Shown in pieces: positions 12,608-25,793 of a DNA stretch of 64,000 nucleotides (the first letter of the stretch is position 1; each line of letters starts with the position of its first letter). The position numbers were made by a program, and so were the translations under genes. Location: positions 25,048,001 through 25,112,000 of the forward strand of contig NC_043004.1 of the NCBI RefSeq assembly GCF_006345805.1, given 5' to 3'. The DNA comes from Octopus sinensis (Eukaryota). The notes beneath the pieces are model-generated. The model saw nothing but the letters and a program-made list of their open reading frames with translations, made no database searches and had not been told where the DNA came from.

Positions 12608-12729
12608 CACGTCTACTTATAACTTACTGCTATATGGATACTATTGTTTAAAGTATGTATGTGTATATATATATATATATATATATAAATGTAAACAATA
12701 CATGTAAGTATATGTAATATATATGTATA

Positions 12730-13022
12730 CAGTGGCAGACTGGGTCTAGAAATATTGGTTGCCAGGAAACTAAGCGGGCCCACCCGCAACTACAATTCTA
12801 TCATTTAATTCTTATTGTTTTTTGTTAAAAGCATTTTTTAAAACTGTCTACAAACACAGCCAGGCAGAAATAATTAATGCATTCTTCTAGGAGTGAATTA
12901 AAAATTCTCAAACTGAGGGGATAGGCCCCTCAGATACTAACATGGGTCCCCATATATGGATTTCTAATGGCCAGGGGCCACTGCCCTCGAGCAAGCTGGA
13001 AAACCTGACCAGTCTGCCACTG
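12730..13022. mobile_element. hAT-type MITE (293 bp)
   Basis: TIRs cagtggcagactgg / ccagtctgccactg; 8-bp TSD tatgtata at 12722-12729 and 13023-13030 (low-complexity flank weakens the TSD evidence). Confidence 0.8.
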
Positions 13023-13071
13023 TATGTATATATTATATAAGTATATTATATATATATATATATATATTAAT

Positions 13072-13114
<43 letters not shown>

Positions 13115-13280
13115 ACATCGTGACGTATATTTGCCATTTGAATATGGCTAACCCCTAAGGGTGGATGCTACTGTAGTTGTAGCCCCGGAGGACACTTCTC
13201 CAGCTGGCTATAGACACACTTTCTGTGCCCTATCAGTATTTGCAAAGGGAAGCCATCCTTCCCCTCTTCAACTTATGATA

Positions 13281-13325
13281 CACACGGACTCGAGTTTCAG
13301 GGTATTGACCCGTCATCGGCGTGTG
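13281..13325 (-). ncRNA. Minimal type-I hammerhead motif (U4C) in a ~260-bp insert (about 13118-13378) within (TA)n
   Basis: cacacg-CCGATGA-cgggt caat accct-GAAA-ctcgag-TC-cgtgtg; palindromic stem III. Confidence 0.75.
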
Positions 13326-13409
13326 ACAATCATTTTGTCGATGAGAAGTTTATAACTCGCTCTGAGATTTATCATTTGTATATATGTATATATATATATA
13401 TATAATATA

Positions 13410-13474
<65 letters not shown>

Positions 13475-13475
<1 letters not shown>

Positions 13476-13840
13476 GTTTATATATTTGTTGTGCAATTTT
13501 TTATGTGAAGTCGTATGTTGAAACAGATATTGTTATATTTCGGAATGGTCATTTTGCCAGTTTAGCCAATAAAAACACACGCACTATATTTTGGTGTTAC
13601 TTTGCTTCAGTGTTATTTATTTTTTACATTAATCTTAATCTTATTTCGGCCAGAGTTCTTTCGTCACACTCCTGTGACCACATCAGTGAGCCTTTGTTTT
13701 CTTCTTTCTTATTTGTGTCTCTACTTACTAACCGTCAGCCATTTTGTATTTCTATTCAAATAACACTGAAGCAAAGTAACACCAACTATATAGTGCACGT
13801 GTTTTTATTGGCTAAACGGGCAAAATGACCATTCCGAATA
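13475..13840 (-). mobile_element. PLE 3'/pLTR fragment with partial inversion and an HHR-like motif at 13648-13692
   Basis: Reverse complement of the 58525-58753 family; 13758-13838 is an inverted copy of part of it; embedded in (TA)n. Confidence 0.85.
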
Positions 13841-13890
13841 TATATATATATATATTATATATCATACACTCATATATACATGCATACATC

Positions 13891-13931
<41 letters not shown>

Positions 13932-14099
13932 CCTATATATATATATATACATATATATATTACATATATATATATACATATATACATATATATATTATAT
14001 ATACATATTTATATATATATATGTATATACGTATACATATGTAAGTATATATATGTATATACATATACACACATAGACACGTATATATGTAAGTATATC

Positions 14100-14402
14100 G
14101 CTCCTTGTCGATAGATGACGTGTAAGGATTCAGCAATTTCTTGCTGAACAACCGTACAGATGATTTGTTTATAGTGATGAAATGTTTATGTTCACATAAG
14201 ATTATTCTCTTCACCAAATCGACATTACCTGCCCAGGTGCATGACGTGCAACATGGCACACGTTAGGTGACATAATGACCACAGCAACGCCAAATGAAGT
14301 GTTTTACTCAAGAACACAACGCAATACCCGATCTGAGAATAAAAACAACGATCTCACAATCGTGAGTGCAACACTGTAACCCCCGAGCCATGTACCTTCA
14401 CA
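14100..14402 (-). mobile_element. SINE family 3 (tRNA-derived), decayed
   Basis: Reverse complement gaaggtacatggctc..ggttacagtgttgcactcacgattgtgagatc...gttgtgttcttgagtaaaacac resembles the head at 23938. Confidence 0.6.
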
Positions 14403-14775
14403 ATGTGTAAGTATATATATATTTTGCGTCTTGGCTCAACAGCCCCCACCGTTTATTTTTACTCTCTTGTTCTCACTGTCCTGTTCTTGTTACCACTTTC
14501 ACCCTCCGCAAAAATCCCAAATTTGATTTGCAGGAAGGATTGTTTCAACGAAGTCGTGTATTGTCCTTGCTTTCGTAACGCGGGGTATAATAAACAGGGA
14601 CAACTGATGGAGAAGGAGAATATTCTTTATGTTGTATGTCTCGTTTCTCTGTTTTTTTTCGTTGTTCGAAAAAAGTTCGTTTTCCATGTTTTTGTTTTTA
14701 CTCATATATGCATGAATATATACATATGTCGCTATGTACATATATGTATGTTATATGTATATATTATATATATTT

Positions 14776-14807
<32 letters not shown>

Positions 14808-15001
14808 ATATATATATCCATACATATATATGTGTGTGCGTCTGTCCAAAAATATTGTGTGTATATATGCATATGCATATGTATATGTATAAATATGTAT
14901 GTGCGTATATATGTATATATGTACATGTATCTATATATATTTGTACATATATGTATATATATATATGCATATATATGCATGTATCCCAGGATATATATAT
15001 A

Positions 15002-16259
15002 CAGGGATTGGACAAAATAATGGAAACACCTAGCATCATAGCATCATAATTTTGTAAGATCTATAAAACCGTTAAAATGCTTGTTTATTTTTATGTTTTT
15101 TGATTTATTATTAGTGTTGCTTAATATGTTTTGCTAAAATTGCTGTTTCTTTTCAGATATCATCAGAAAATGGTGATTAAAATTCATTAAAATGAATTGT
15201 TGGTGCTCGAATGGTAGGCGCTAGCGTAACGAAAAGAACCGAAATGTTTGGTGTATCAAGAAGTACTGTCTCCAAAGTAATGACAGTATTTGAGAAAGAG
15301 AAAAACACCTCGTCGTCGAAACAAAACTCCGGAAGAAAACTCAAACTTTCAGATAGGGACTGTTGAACTCTTACGCGATTTGTTAGAAAGGATCACAAAA
15401 ATACAGCTCTCATAATTACAGCAGAGCTTAATGACAACCTCGAGAACATGTTTTCACAAAAACTGTTCGCTGGGAGCTGCACAAAGCCAGATTTCACGGT
15501 GGGGGACGGGAAGCAGCTGCAAATAGAAAACAACTACTTTCAAAAATAAAAGTTGCAAAGCGTTTAGAGTGGAGCAAAAACCTACAGAATTGGTCCCTAG
15601 AGCAGTGAAAGAATGTTATTTTCTCGGACGAGTCATCCTTTACATTATTTCCGACAACCAGCTGAGTAAATGTGTGGAGACAGCCAAAAGAAGCATTTAA
15701 CCCAGACCGCCTTCTTCCAACTGTTAAACATGGGGGAGGATCTGTGATGATCAGGGGTGGGGCTATATCTTGGAAATCCGCCGGCCCAATGGTTTTCCTT
15801 CATGGCAGAATTAATAGTCAAGACTATTTAAGCATTTTATCTGATCATATTCATCCTATGGCTGCAGAACTGTTTCTGGGGGGAAACGCAATCTTTCAGG
15901 ATGATAATGCTCCAATTCACACAGATAAAGTTTGTTCCTGAATGGCACGAGGAACATTCTAGTGAAATTGAACAGCTTATCTGGCCACTACAGTCTCCAG
16001 ATCACAATATTATTGAACATTTATGATGCATTTCAGAAAAATGATTATGGAGTCGATATCCTCCATCATCATCACTACAAGAGCTGGACACTGTCTTAGC
16101 TGAAGAATGGACAGGAATTCATTTGGAAACAATTAAAACTTTGTACGAGTCCATACCTCGAAGAATTCAAACTGTATTTACTGTCAAAGGTGTTCCTACC
16201 CAATATCAAAATAAATTTGTTTGAAATTTGAAGGTGTTTCCATATCTTTTGCTACCCTG
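15002..16259 (+). mobile_element. Tc1-like DNA transposon with a transposase pseudogene
   Basis: TA-flanked TIRs caggg...atggaaacacct / aggtgtttccat...ccctg; IFSDES, PTVKHGGGSVM, IFQDDNAPIH, WPLQSPDHNIIEHL; many stops. Confidence 0.92.
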
Positions 16260-16372
16260 TATATAACATATTTATATATATATAATATATATATATATAT
16301 ATAATATTTATATATATATATATATATACACATACTTCATACATACATACACACATATATATATATTATATA

Positions 16373-16403
<31 letters not shown>

Positions 16404-16463
16404 TAAGTATATATGTGTTATGTCTGTCTGTCTGTCTGTCTGTCTACCTATCTATCTATAATC

Positions 16464-16524
<61 letters not shown>

Positions 16525-16609
16525 ATATCTATCTATCTATCTATCATCTATCTATCTGTATATATTACTTCTCTCAGTCATTACACTTGCGGCAGTGCTT
16601 GCGCACTGC

Positions 16610-17001
16610 ATTCAAAAGTTTTCAGTCAAATGTATCGACAACAGTACTTATTTTTCGTCAAACCTTATTCTGTCAGTATCTTTTGCGGAATCCTCGGTTA
16701 CGTGCACGTAGACACAGCAACACCGGGTGTCAAGCGATACATGGGATAGACACAGGCACATAGACGAAGGCATACAGACAGACACACAGACAGGATGACG
16801 GACATACAGATAGGCTGACGGACAGATTGACACAAGCACGCACACGCATACACACGCATGACATGCTTCTTTCAGTTTCCGTCCACCAAATTCATTCACA
16901 AGACTTTGGTCGACTCGAGGCTATAGTATAAGGAACTAACCTAAATGGGACTGAACCCGAAACCACTTGGTTGTGAAGCAAGTTCCTTATCACACAGCCA
17001 C
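16610..17001 (-). mobile_element. SINE family 1, decayed
   Basis: ttctttcagtttccgtccaccaaattcattcacaag...tgggactgaaccc...cacacagcc. Confidence 0.75.
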
Positions 17002-17358
17002 GAGAATGTTAGTTGTCCTTTGTTTTGGTTCAGCCTAGATTGATTAATATCCAAACTACTAGAACTAATATGCCAAAACCGCTAATAAGGGAGAGCTAGG
17101 CTGTCTGCACAATTCGCACCTGTACTGACTTGTGTTGATTCTTATCCACTAACTTGCACCATACTACCTCTTATATATATGAAGGCACAATGTGGAGAAC
17201 TGCTTTTGTCGACCATCGTACCTCAGAAACAGCTGTAAAGAACTACGTAGACATCCCTTTTCACCATTTCCTGATGAAAATCAATCTATAAAGTTACTTG
17301 ATAATAAAATTCACACATCCAGCAAAAGATGATGAGCATGTGATAAAAGATAGCATTG

Positions 17359-17594
17359 ATATTAGCACGCCGGGCGAAATGCTAAGCCGTTACGTTCTGA
17401 GTTCAAATTCCGCCGAGGTCGACTTTGCCTTTCATCCTTTCGGGGTCGATTAAATAAGTACCAGTTACGCACTGGGGTCGATATAATCGACTTAATCCGT
17501 TTGTCTGTCCTTGTTTGTCCTCTCTGTATTTAGTCCCTTGTGGGTAGTAAAGAAATAGGTATTTCGTCTGTCTTTACATTCTGAGTTCAAATTC
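17359..17594 (+). mobile_element. SINE family 2 with the start of a second monomer
   Basis: ttagcacgccgggcgaaatg...gtgggtagtaaagaaataggtatttcgtctg...ctgagttcaaattc. Confidence 0.85.
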
Positions 17595-18007
17595 TCCCCT
17601 CCTTTTCACAAACCAACTTATACCTGAAGCGTTAGCATAGGAAGTCGAATGTCACCGTTTTGTCAACCTATATTTACAAACTTCCGTGAGCAAGATAACG
17701 GACAGACGGTCTATAATATAGACCGTAAATTATATAGACTCTATATCATTTTCTATTCTAGGCATAAGACCCGAAATTTGGGGGGAGAAGCCAGTCGATT
17801 AGATCGACCCCAGTACGCAACTTAATTTATCGACCTAGAATAGAAAATGATATAGAGTCTATATAATTTACGGTCTATATTATAGACCGTCTGTCCGTTA
17901 TCTTGCTCACGGAAGTTTGTAAATATAGGTTGACAAAACGGTGACATTCGACTTCCTATGCTAACGCTTCAGGTATAAGTTGGTTTGTGAAAAGGGGGGG
18001 GGGAGAA
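17592..18007. repeat. Near-perfect ~170-bp inverted repeat with a SINE fragment as spacer
   Basis: Arms 17592-17762 and 17834-18007; spacer is a SINE family 2 3' piece on the minus strand. Confidence 0.92.
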
Positions 18008-18483
18008 ATATGTACAAAACAGACTGACTGATTGTTTCTTTGGTTAGGTCAAGTGATGTAGATACTTTTGAAGAAATCCCAATACGGGTCGAAAATCGAT
18101 TAAGATTGTTCATGTTTCTCAATCTACGGAGGGAGAAATAATTAGTTTTACCAATTTTGTATGACTACTATATAGGTTTACTTATATTATACCATACCTC
18201 AATCCTCGTTGACTGGCTATTGATATAACGTTAAATATAATATTCAAATTATTCCAGCTCTCTGAAGTTAATGAATTTGTTGTGGATATAGACAGATTGG
18301 ATGTTTGTCTCTCTGGGGTTTGTCAAGTGATGTAGATACCTCTGATGAGACTCGAGTAATGGTGGGAAATCAATTTATCTTCATTTCATAATTTTTGTGA
18401 AGCAATAGTCGAATTTACCATGTGTGTATGTCTGTTACGCAGTTCCTTTGAACAAGGGAATTAATTAGTTGACATAGTAACAA

Positions 18484-18706
18484 CTGGTTTCAAATTTTAG
18501 CACGATGCCAGGAATTTTGGGCGGGGGGGTGTGTGCTAGTCGATTACATCGACCTCAGTGTTCAACTGGTACTTAATTTATCGACCTCCGAGATGATGAA
18601 AGGCAAAGCCGACCTCGGCGGAATTTGAACCCAGAACGTGCAGACAGACGAAATGCCGCTAAGCATTTTGCTCGGTGTGCTAACGATTCTGCCAGCTCGC
18701 CGCCTT
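18484..18706 (-). mobile_element. SINE family 2 with a long TSD
   Basis: ttagttgacatagtaacaa at 18465-18483 and 18705-18723. Confidence 0.88.
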
Positions 18707-19117
18707 AGTTGACATAGTAACAAACAGTAATAAAATAGTCAGATAATACATAAGATAGCTAGTTAGTTAAACTCGTGCATCGGAAGTGGTAGAGTTACTA
18801 ATCTAATTCCTTAAATCGCGAAACTGAAGGATAACAGAGACTAAAAAGAAGGAGGATAGTGAAAGGGGGCCGCATATCACGTCCCTGTTTTCCTTTAATC
18901 GCTCCAATGCCAAACTTACCGTATTCTTGCAGTGAGGTCTACTTTTGTTGTTATTCTGATTACCGTTACTGTCACTCTTGTTCTTGCTTTTGTTCTTTTC
19001 TTCTTTTCTTGAGAGGTGGAAAAGGAGGTGCCTCTTGGTCATCCTTGGGTGGAACACCCCACCTTTTGGTAAATTTTATTGTTGAATTTTTGTCGTTAAT
19101 TGTCTTTTTTCTTTTCT

Positions 19118-19440
19118 TTTATTTGTTTCAGTCATTTGACTGTGGCCATACCTTTAGTTGAACAAATCGACCTCAGGACTTATTCTTTGTATTCCTAGTA
19201 CTTATTTTATCGGCCCCTTTTTGCCGAACAAACACAGACACAAATGACAAACACACACACACATACACACACATATATATGACGGGTTTCTTTCAGTTTC
19301 CGTCTACCAAATCCACTCACCCACAAGGCTTTGGTCGGCCCGACGCTATAGTATAAAACACTTGACCAAGGTGCCACGCAGTGGGACTGAACCCAGAACC
19401 ATGTGGTTGGGAAGCAAGCTACTTACCACACAGTCACTCC
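19118..19440 (-). mobile_element. SINE family 1, internally deleted
   Basis: Head 19280-19440, tail 19118-19230. Confidence 0.85.
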
Positions 19441-19569
19441 TTGTTTAATTTTTTTTATAAACGAATTTTTGTGCTAAGCCTCACTTGTCCCTTGCGTTGC
19501 ATTGTTCCTTCTAGTTTTGTGTTTGGTCCTTGTGGCCAATAAGAAAAATATCATCATCATCATCATCAC

Positions 19570-19632
<63 letters not shown>

Positions 19633-19633
<1 letters not shown>

Positions 19634-20106
19634 TTTATGTTTGACTTTTGCTTTGCATTTTTACAAGTTGGCTCCAAGTCTCACCCAGAGACCTCAAGAG
19701 ACAACAAGTTAGAAGCTCATGTTGGTGTTATGCCCAGGGTGTCATATATTTGGTTTTGTACACAGTGTTGTTCTAGAGAATGTTTAAGAAACCATAAGAA
19801 AATGATGTGTTTGCTTTAAAATTTGAGATTACATAGTCAGTATTTTAAGTAGGATATGAGCAGTTCCCATGAGCACTATATTTTGAATTTCTGCCATCTT
19901 AGGGTTTCCTGGTATCTGAGGTAGATAGCAATCAGCCCCTTTTGCTATCATTCCTAGGGTACCTATGACAACCGGTATTGTTTTAGTCTTCAGGTTCCAC
20001 ATTTTCCTAATTTCTATTTCAAGATCTTTATACTTGCTCAGTTTTTGGTAGGTCTTGACAGATACGTTTATATCGATTGGGACAGTCATATCAATGAGGA
20101 GGTATG
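19633..20106 (-). mobile_element. R4/Dong-type (RLE) non-LTR retrotransposon 3' end in (TAA)n
   Basis: IDMTVPIDINVSVKTYQKLSKYKDLEIEIRKMWNLKTKTIPVVIGTLG...MGTAHIL; flanked on both sides by (ATT)n. Confidence 0.85.
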
Positions 20107-20108
20107 AC

Positions 20109-20139
<31 letters not shown>

Positions 20140-20212
20140 TATTATTATTATTATTATTATTATCATCATCATCATTATTATTATTATTGTTATTATTATT
20201 ATTATCATCATC

Positions 20213-20249
<37 letters not shown>

Positions 20250-20273
20250 TATTATTATTATTATTATTATTAC

Positions 20274-20316
<43 letters not shown>

Positions 20317-20362
20317 TGTAGTAGTAGTATCATCATCATCATCATCATTATTATTATTATAA

Positions 20363-21090
20363 TTGCCTTTGCACAGCTTCTAATGCTGGAGATGTACTAC
20401 AGTGTCAGCTGTTCACTACCATTGAACTAAGGTAACACCTCTTATTTTTCGAGCACTTTCCGGAGTATTCGAGCGGTTCCAAGCAGTGCTGTTTTCTGCA
20501 AGTGCTCCACAATTATTGCTGTCCCTATTTGTTCCACGTACTTCCCGAGATTTTTGCTCACTGTTCCCAGGGCTCCGACAATTATTGGTACAACTGCTAC
20601 CTCTTTCATCGACCACAAGTGCTCTACTTCCCAAGCTAAGCTGTCATATCTCTCGACTTTTCTTTCTTCCTTATCGCATACCTTGTTGTCAGCTAGGCAT
20701 GCTATATCTATGATCCAGCATAGTTTATTTTCTTTCTCAATTAAGACTATGTCTGTATTCCTATTCTCAATCTCATGGTCGCACTGAATCATAACATCCC
20801 ATAGGATCTTTGTATTTCTATTTCCGACAATGCCTTCGGGTTTGTGGTCGTACCAATTTTTTGTTCTGTCAAGTCCATACTTGTTACAAAGTGTCCAATG
20901 GACAAGCCTGGCTATATTGTCGTGACGTCTCTTATATTCCTTCTGGGCTAGTGACGTACATTGGCTGGTAATATGCCATACGGTTTCACCGTTGTGTCCC
21001 CAGATTCTGCACTTATCACTTTCTGATGTGCTGTCTATTCTGCATTTCATGTAGTTTGTTCTTAGTGCTTGTTCTTGGGCAGCACAGATT
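20363..21090 (-). mobile_element. R4/Dong-type non-LTR element 3' end (CCHC knuckle plus RLE), second family, in (TAA)n
   Basis: AAQEQALRTN...CRIW...ETVWHITSQC...YKRRHD...ILWD...DIVLI...IIDIAC...K..RY..L...PIIVGALG...LLGTARILRKVL. Confidence 0.9.
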
Positions 21091-21103
21091 ATTATTATTA
21101 TTA

Positions 21104-21178
<75 letters not shown>

Positions 21179-21214
21179 CATTATTATTACTACTATTGTT
21201 ATTATTATTATATA

Positions 21215-21688
21215 CCCATCATGACAACTCGTCTGATAAGGGTAGACCTGACACGCATCACAGCCATGTGTGCGCGACACGATGATCTCATATCAAGATA
21301 GACAGCGCATGACCTTGCAAGTGAGGCCCAGTTAGAATCTTCTGTTGCTCGAGTAGCCCATCCTGCTCAAAATGTCCCCGAATAAAGATTATCGAAGGAT
21401 GTCGAACGAAACACCCATGTTTCCCGAGAAGAATGATTCAAATTCCAAAGAATTTCTCTCAACACATGGCTATAATGCTCTCCCACTACACCTGCACGTG
21501 ATCAGAGATGCACGCATCGCGAGCCACTAAGGGACATGCTCAACTGGTTAAGGTCAAACAATTGACAAGCAAATCTGTGGTATTGAACAGAATATTTGCT
21601 GTAGCCCATCTTTTATACTAAGAAAAACATGTACTTGATAGCACTTCCAATCAGTTAAGATCAGATGCCACGAGGGCCAGTGCCTGGT

Positions 21689-21728
<40 letters not shown>

Positions 21729-21868
21729 ATATCATTATGCCATTAAAGTAACACGAGTACAAATATACGAAGACCATTATAATCATCATTACTACCCGTC
21801 TGATAAGAGTACACCAGGCACATGCATCACAACTATATGTGCGCGACATGGTGATCTTACATCATGAT
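21215..21868. mobile_element. Non-coding interspersed repeat (SINE-like), with a partial second copy at 21783-21868
   Basis: cgtctgataag(g/a)gta(g/c)acc..catcac..atgtgcgcgaca..gtgatct occurs twice; associated with (CAT)n. Confidence 0.5.
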
Positions 21869-21926
21869 TTAAGAAATGTACTAGGATTTTACTGAATACA
21901 GACGTACAACACTTGTCAAGCGGTTG

Positions 21927-22007
<81 letters not shown>

Positions 22008-22574
22008 TATGTGTATGAAGGCGATGCTTCAGCATGGCCTCAGACTTATGGGGGGGAACGAATTTTGTCAGTGGCTGATATGATTTTTTTCAAATTCTAT
22101 TTTCTAAAACTGTTCATCAGTCAGAATCACTTAGCAGCTGCGTAAAAAAATTTCCGGACGCTTCCTCATCTAAATAACTTTTCTCTCATTCATTCTGATT
22201 CTGTGACACTTAGATATTTTGACAATGATGCAAAGGTATCAAACCTTATTTCTCTGACACACCAGTTGTTTGTTGCTTGACTTCCTGACCCTTTAGCAAC
22301 GTCTGTCTCTTCCTTTATCCTGCCTTACTCCACACAGAACTATAAATATTGTCTGTTGTTGACAACTAAGGAGTTCCAAGTGCGTTATATTATAAGCTGT
22401 CTACACAACTAATTTGGCCATAAAAAAAAGAATATTAATAGCTTGTACTTTCTTTTATGAAGAAACCGGAAATATGTTATGTCAGGAGATGGCAATAGTA
22501 ATTTTCTGGTACCATATTTAGTTTCCATTACAAGCTCTAACCGTCATATATATATATAATATATATATATATAT

Positions 22575-22616
<42 letters not shown>

Positions 22617-23759
22617 TATATATACTGCAGATGCTTGCTAATATCAAGAAATTTGTTATGAATTAAGCAACACAGATAAAATAGCAAAAACAATATATGC
22701 AATAAATTCGTTCGTTTTTTGTTTTCCTTCTGTCAGTAAAGATGTAAAATTTATTTAAATTCCAAAAGGTGATAAATGAAAGTTGCAATGGAAGCTACGA
22801 AGAAAAAAAAAATGAAATATTCGTCTCTCAAAACACCACGATAAAAATATATTTTTTATTTTGTTAATTCAAATAACTTCAGAAAGGATTCAGAGGAATG
22901 GAAAAAACGATTTGGTTCTATAGTTGTTTGTCAACAGCGTAAAACCCCAATTTGCTTCATTATGTTAAATATTTCGGATTTTATCTTCGATTTCCTTCAT
23001 TAAAGTTATTGAATGTGTAACATCCGAACGAATTAGCAGAATAATATCAACGTACAATTTTTTTGAAGGGATGGAATGTTAGTCGCTAATGCAATTGGCA
23101 GGAAACTAATAGAAACAATATTTTATAGAATATTAATAATAGAAACATGGTTTATTTCAATCTGTGATGATTGATTATAAGATATACCTTCGTAAGGAAA
23201 ACTCAGTACACTGAACTCCTCGCGGCTCACATTTATATTCTGCCAAAAATTCTGAATGGAGGTTAGAGTTAGGGTTCTACGCAATCGCTTCATGTTTTAA
23301 AAATAGTATTCAATTTTTTCAAATCACATTCTGTCATTTCAGTAAAATGAAGGGGGCATTGATATGATATAGGAGAAAGACGAGGTGGTCACAATGAAAA
23401 CACCTTTGATCATAAGTATAATCAAAGGAAGCTGTTCTAGGGTTAAAATAACTGTGAGGTTACTATGAATAGGAATATTATTAGTGAGAAAGTTTGCTGA
23501 GGTTGTAGCAGAAGGATCGGTAGTGCGACAGAGAAAATGTATCTAGTAACTTGATTTCAAATTACACCGATAATATATTTTAACATTGAAAATAGTAGAA
23601 TTAATTACTGATTAAATTGACTTAAAATCTTCCCTTAACCTTGAAACCTATCTTATGGTAGAAAATCAAGGCCGTGACTGGCAAAATCGCAGGACCTGCG
23701 AACAAATTACTTTGCTATATTTAATTACGTCTCTTTATGTTCTTTGTTCAAATCTCGCT

Positions 23760-23860
23760 TCACCACCACCACCACCACCAGTACCACCACCAGTACCACC
23801 ACCACCACCACCACCACCACCACCATCACCACCACCACCACCACCACCACCAACAACAAC

Positions 23861-23894
<34 letters not shown>

Positions 23895-23931
23895 CGACAC
23901 CGACGACGATTGAAACAACTGCAACAACAAC
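23760..23931. repeat. (CCA)n-(CAA)n microsatellite
   Basis: Seen directly. Confidence 0.95.
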
Positions 23932-23937
23932 AGCTGT

Positions 23938-24037
23938 GGAGGCGCAATGGCCTAGTGGTTAGGGCAGCGGACTCGCGGTCGTAAGAATGCGGTTTCGATT
24001 CCCAGACCGGGCATTGTGAGTGTTTATTGAACTAAAA
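23938..24037 (+). mobile_element. SINE family 3 tRNA-derived head
   Basis: A-box tggcctagtgg and B-box ggtttcgattccc, followed by a non-tRNA body. Confidence 0.75.
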
Positions 24038-25179
24038 GTAATTCTGCCAGTCAATCATCCTCACGATCAATACAAGAACGACGTAAGTAACAGCACGAGT
24101 GGAAACTGTAGCTCCATCACATGACGGCGGCAACGACGGAAACGGCGATTTCCCTTCTTACCACCACCACCACCACCACTTTTAAGTATAGGTCTTGAGG
24201 ACCTATAAGGAGTCTACTTGAAACAGCAGCTAAAGCTTCCTCAAACCACGTCTTGTAATAAAAAGCTGAAAATATTCGATTGCGTCGCAGTAGATTAATA
24301 ATCTTTGGAATGTACAAGCATATATTTTAAAATGGTTTCAGGGGTTTTCTATCCTGTTACTTTGAGGTAAGCCTTTGAGAGTGAACGATCATAAATTGTC
24401 AATTACTCCAAATATTTTTTTTACATTGATCTTAACTGGCGCACAGGAAGTTCGTAAGACAAAGTTAATGTCCCTACCAGTGAAATCATTCCATACTGCT
24501 GCCGAAATAAAAAAAAAAAAAGAATTCTGGGCAGCTAGCAACAGCAGAGAAAAAACCGGACATCCTTGAGACAAAACAGGTCACTTGATGTGTTACTCCC
24601 TTCCTGTAAGATGATGCCAGTCAACACCTTACAAAATAAGTGCAAGAACGTAGAAGATGAAAATTATTCGTGGTCACACAATTTGCTAAAAATATCACCC
24701 AAATCGCTCTCAGAATCACGAGTTACCAACTGAAAGTGTATGAACACATTGCACTGTGAGAAATAATTGTTGACATTTTTGCCACTTTTCCAATTAATGT
24801 TTGAAATAATTGATGTGGAAGGATCCTTGTGACTATGAATATACGTTCTACATTCCAACAACATTAATCCTTTAGTATTCAGATTATATTATTCTGTCAA
24901 ATATAGTATTTATTTATTCAAATTGTTTTTAATTAATCATGCATTATCTTGTGGCTTTGAGATTTCGAGTTTGCAAAGAATAAAAAAAATCATGAACTAA
25001 TAAGACAAGACTGTCGAAGAAAAATTTACTCTTTTTTTTGTTTGTTTCTTTCTTTCTCATATGTACGGACACACACACACACACGCTTATTCGTTCATTC
25101 CACTCTTCGTTCTTTCGCTTCCCCTCACATTTCTTTGCCTTCTCTTCTTGCTCACTTTCCATCCACTTTTTACTTCACC

Positions 25180-25738
25180 GTGTCCCTGTCATTTTTTCTC
25201 GCCCCTCCTAAATTCTTCTGTTCCTCTGCTTCTACTTCTCTCTCTTCTCCTCCCACGTGACCGACATTCGGCCAAACTTGTTCTTTCTTTCTTGGTCTGG
25301 CCGTTGTCCGTGCAACATCGATATACCTCCCTGTGCTTGTGAAATCTTATATCCCTGCCGTAAGGCTTCATTTCCACACACGCCAGATTAATTTAATTCG
25401 TCCTTAGTCGAAAGACACCTGTTGTTATGTCCTGTTATTATTTTTATTGTATTTGTGTAACATTGCCCATTTTTTCCGTCCTTGTTTTTATATACATTCG
25501 CTGCTTTCTTCCAAGAAATCTAATGCTCTTAGCTTAGTTTTTTCTTGGGGCTGGCCAGATTGGAGCAATCTCAAATATAATAAACTGAAATTGCGAACAT
25601 AATCTGGTACTTGACTGAGGAAAGAAAACTTCAAATGACCCGTCCTTGTTTTCTTTGTATCGGCTATCTGGATGTTTGTTGTCCCATTTTTGTATCATCT
25701 AACTGGCCGGATGTTTTGCGTTCTTGTCCATTTTGTAG
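25180..25738. mobile_element. PLE-like non-autonomous repeat ending in (TA)n
   Basis: 25500-25735 is the reverse complement of 968-1175. Confidence 0.55.

Positions 25739-25793
<55 letters not shown>

Noticed and set aside
23938-24012. Functional tRNA gene
   Set aside because: A and B boxes are present but there is no proper acceptor stem; it runs into a SINE body and has a decayed relative at 14.3 kb
24389-24574. Possible minus-strand exon after a T-run acceptor
   Set aside because: No recognisable protein similarity or clear donor
25380-25425. Possible decayed HHR in the PLE-like repeat
   Set aside because: Too many core mismatches to support
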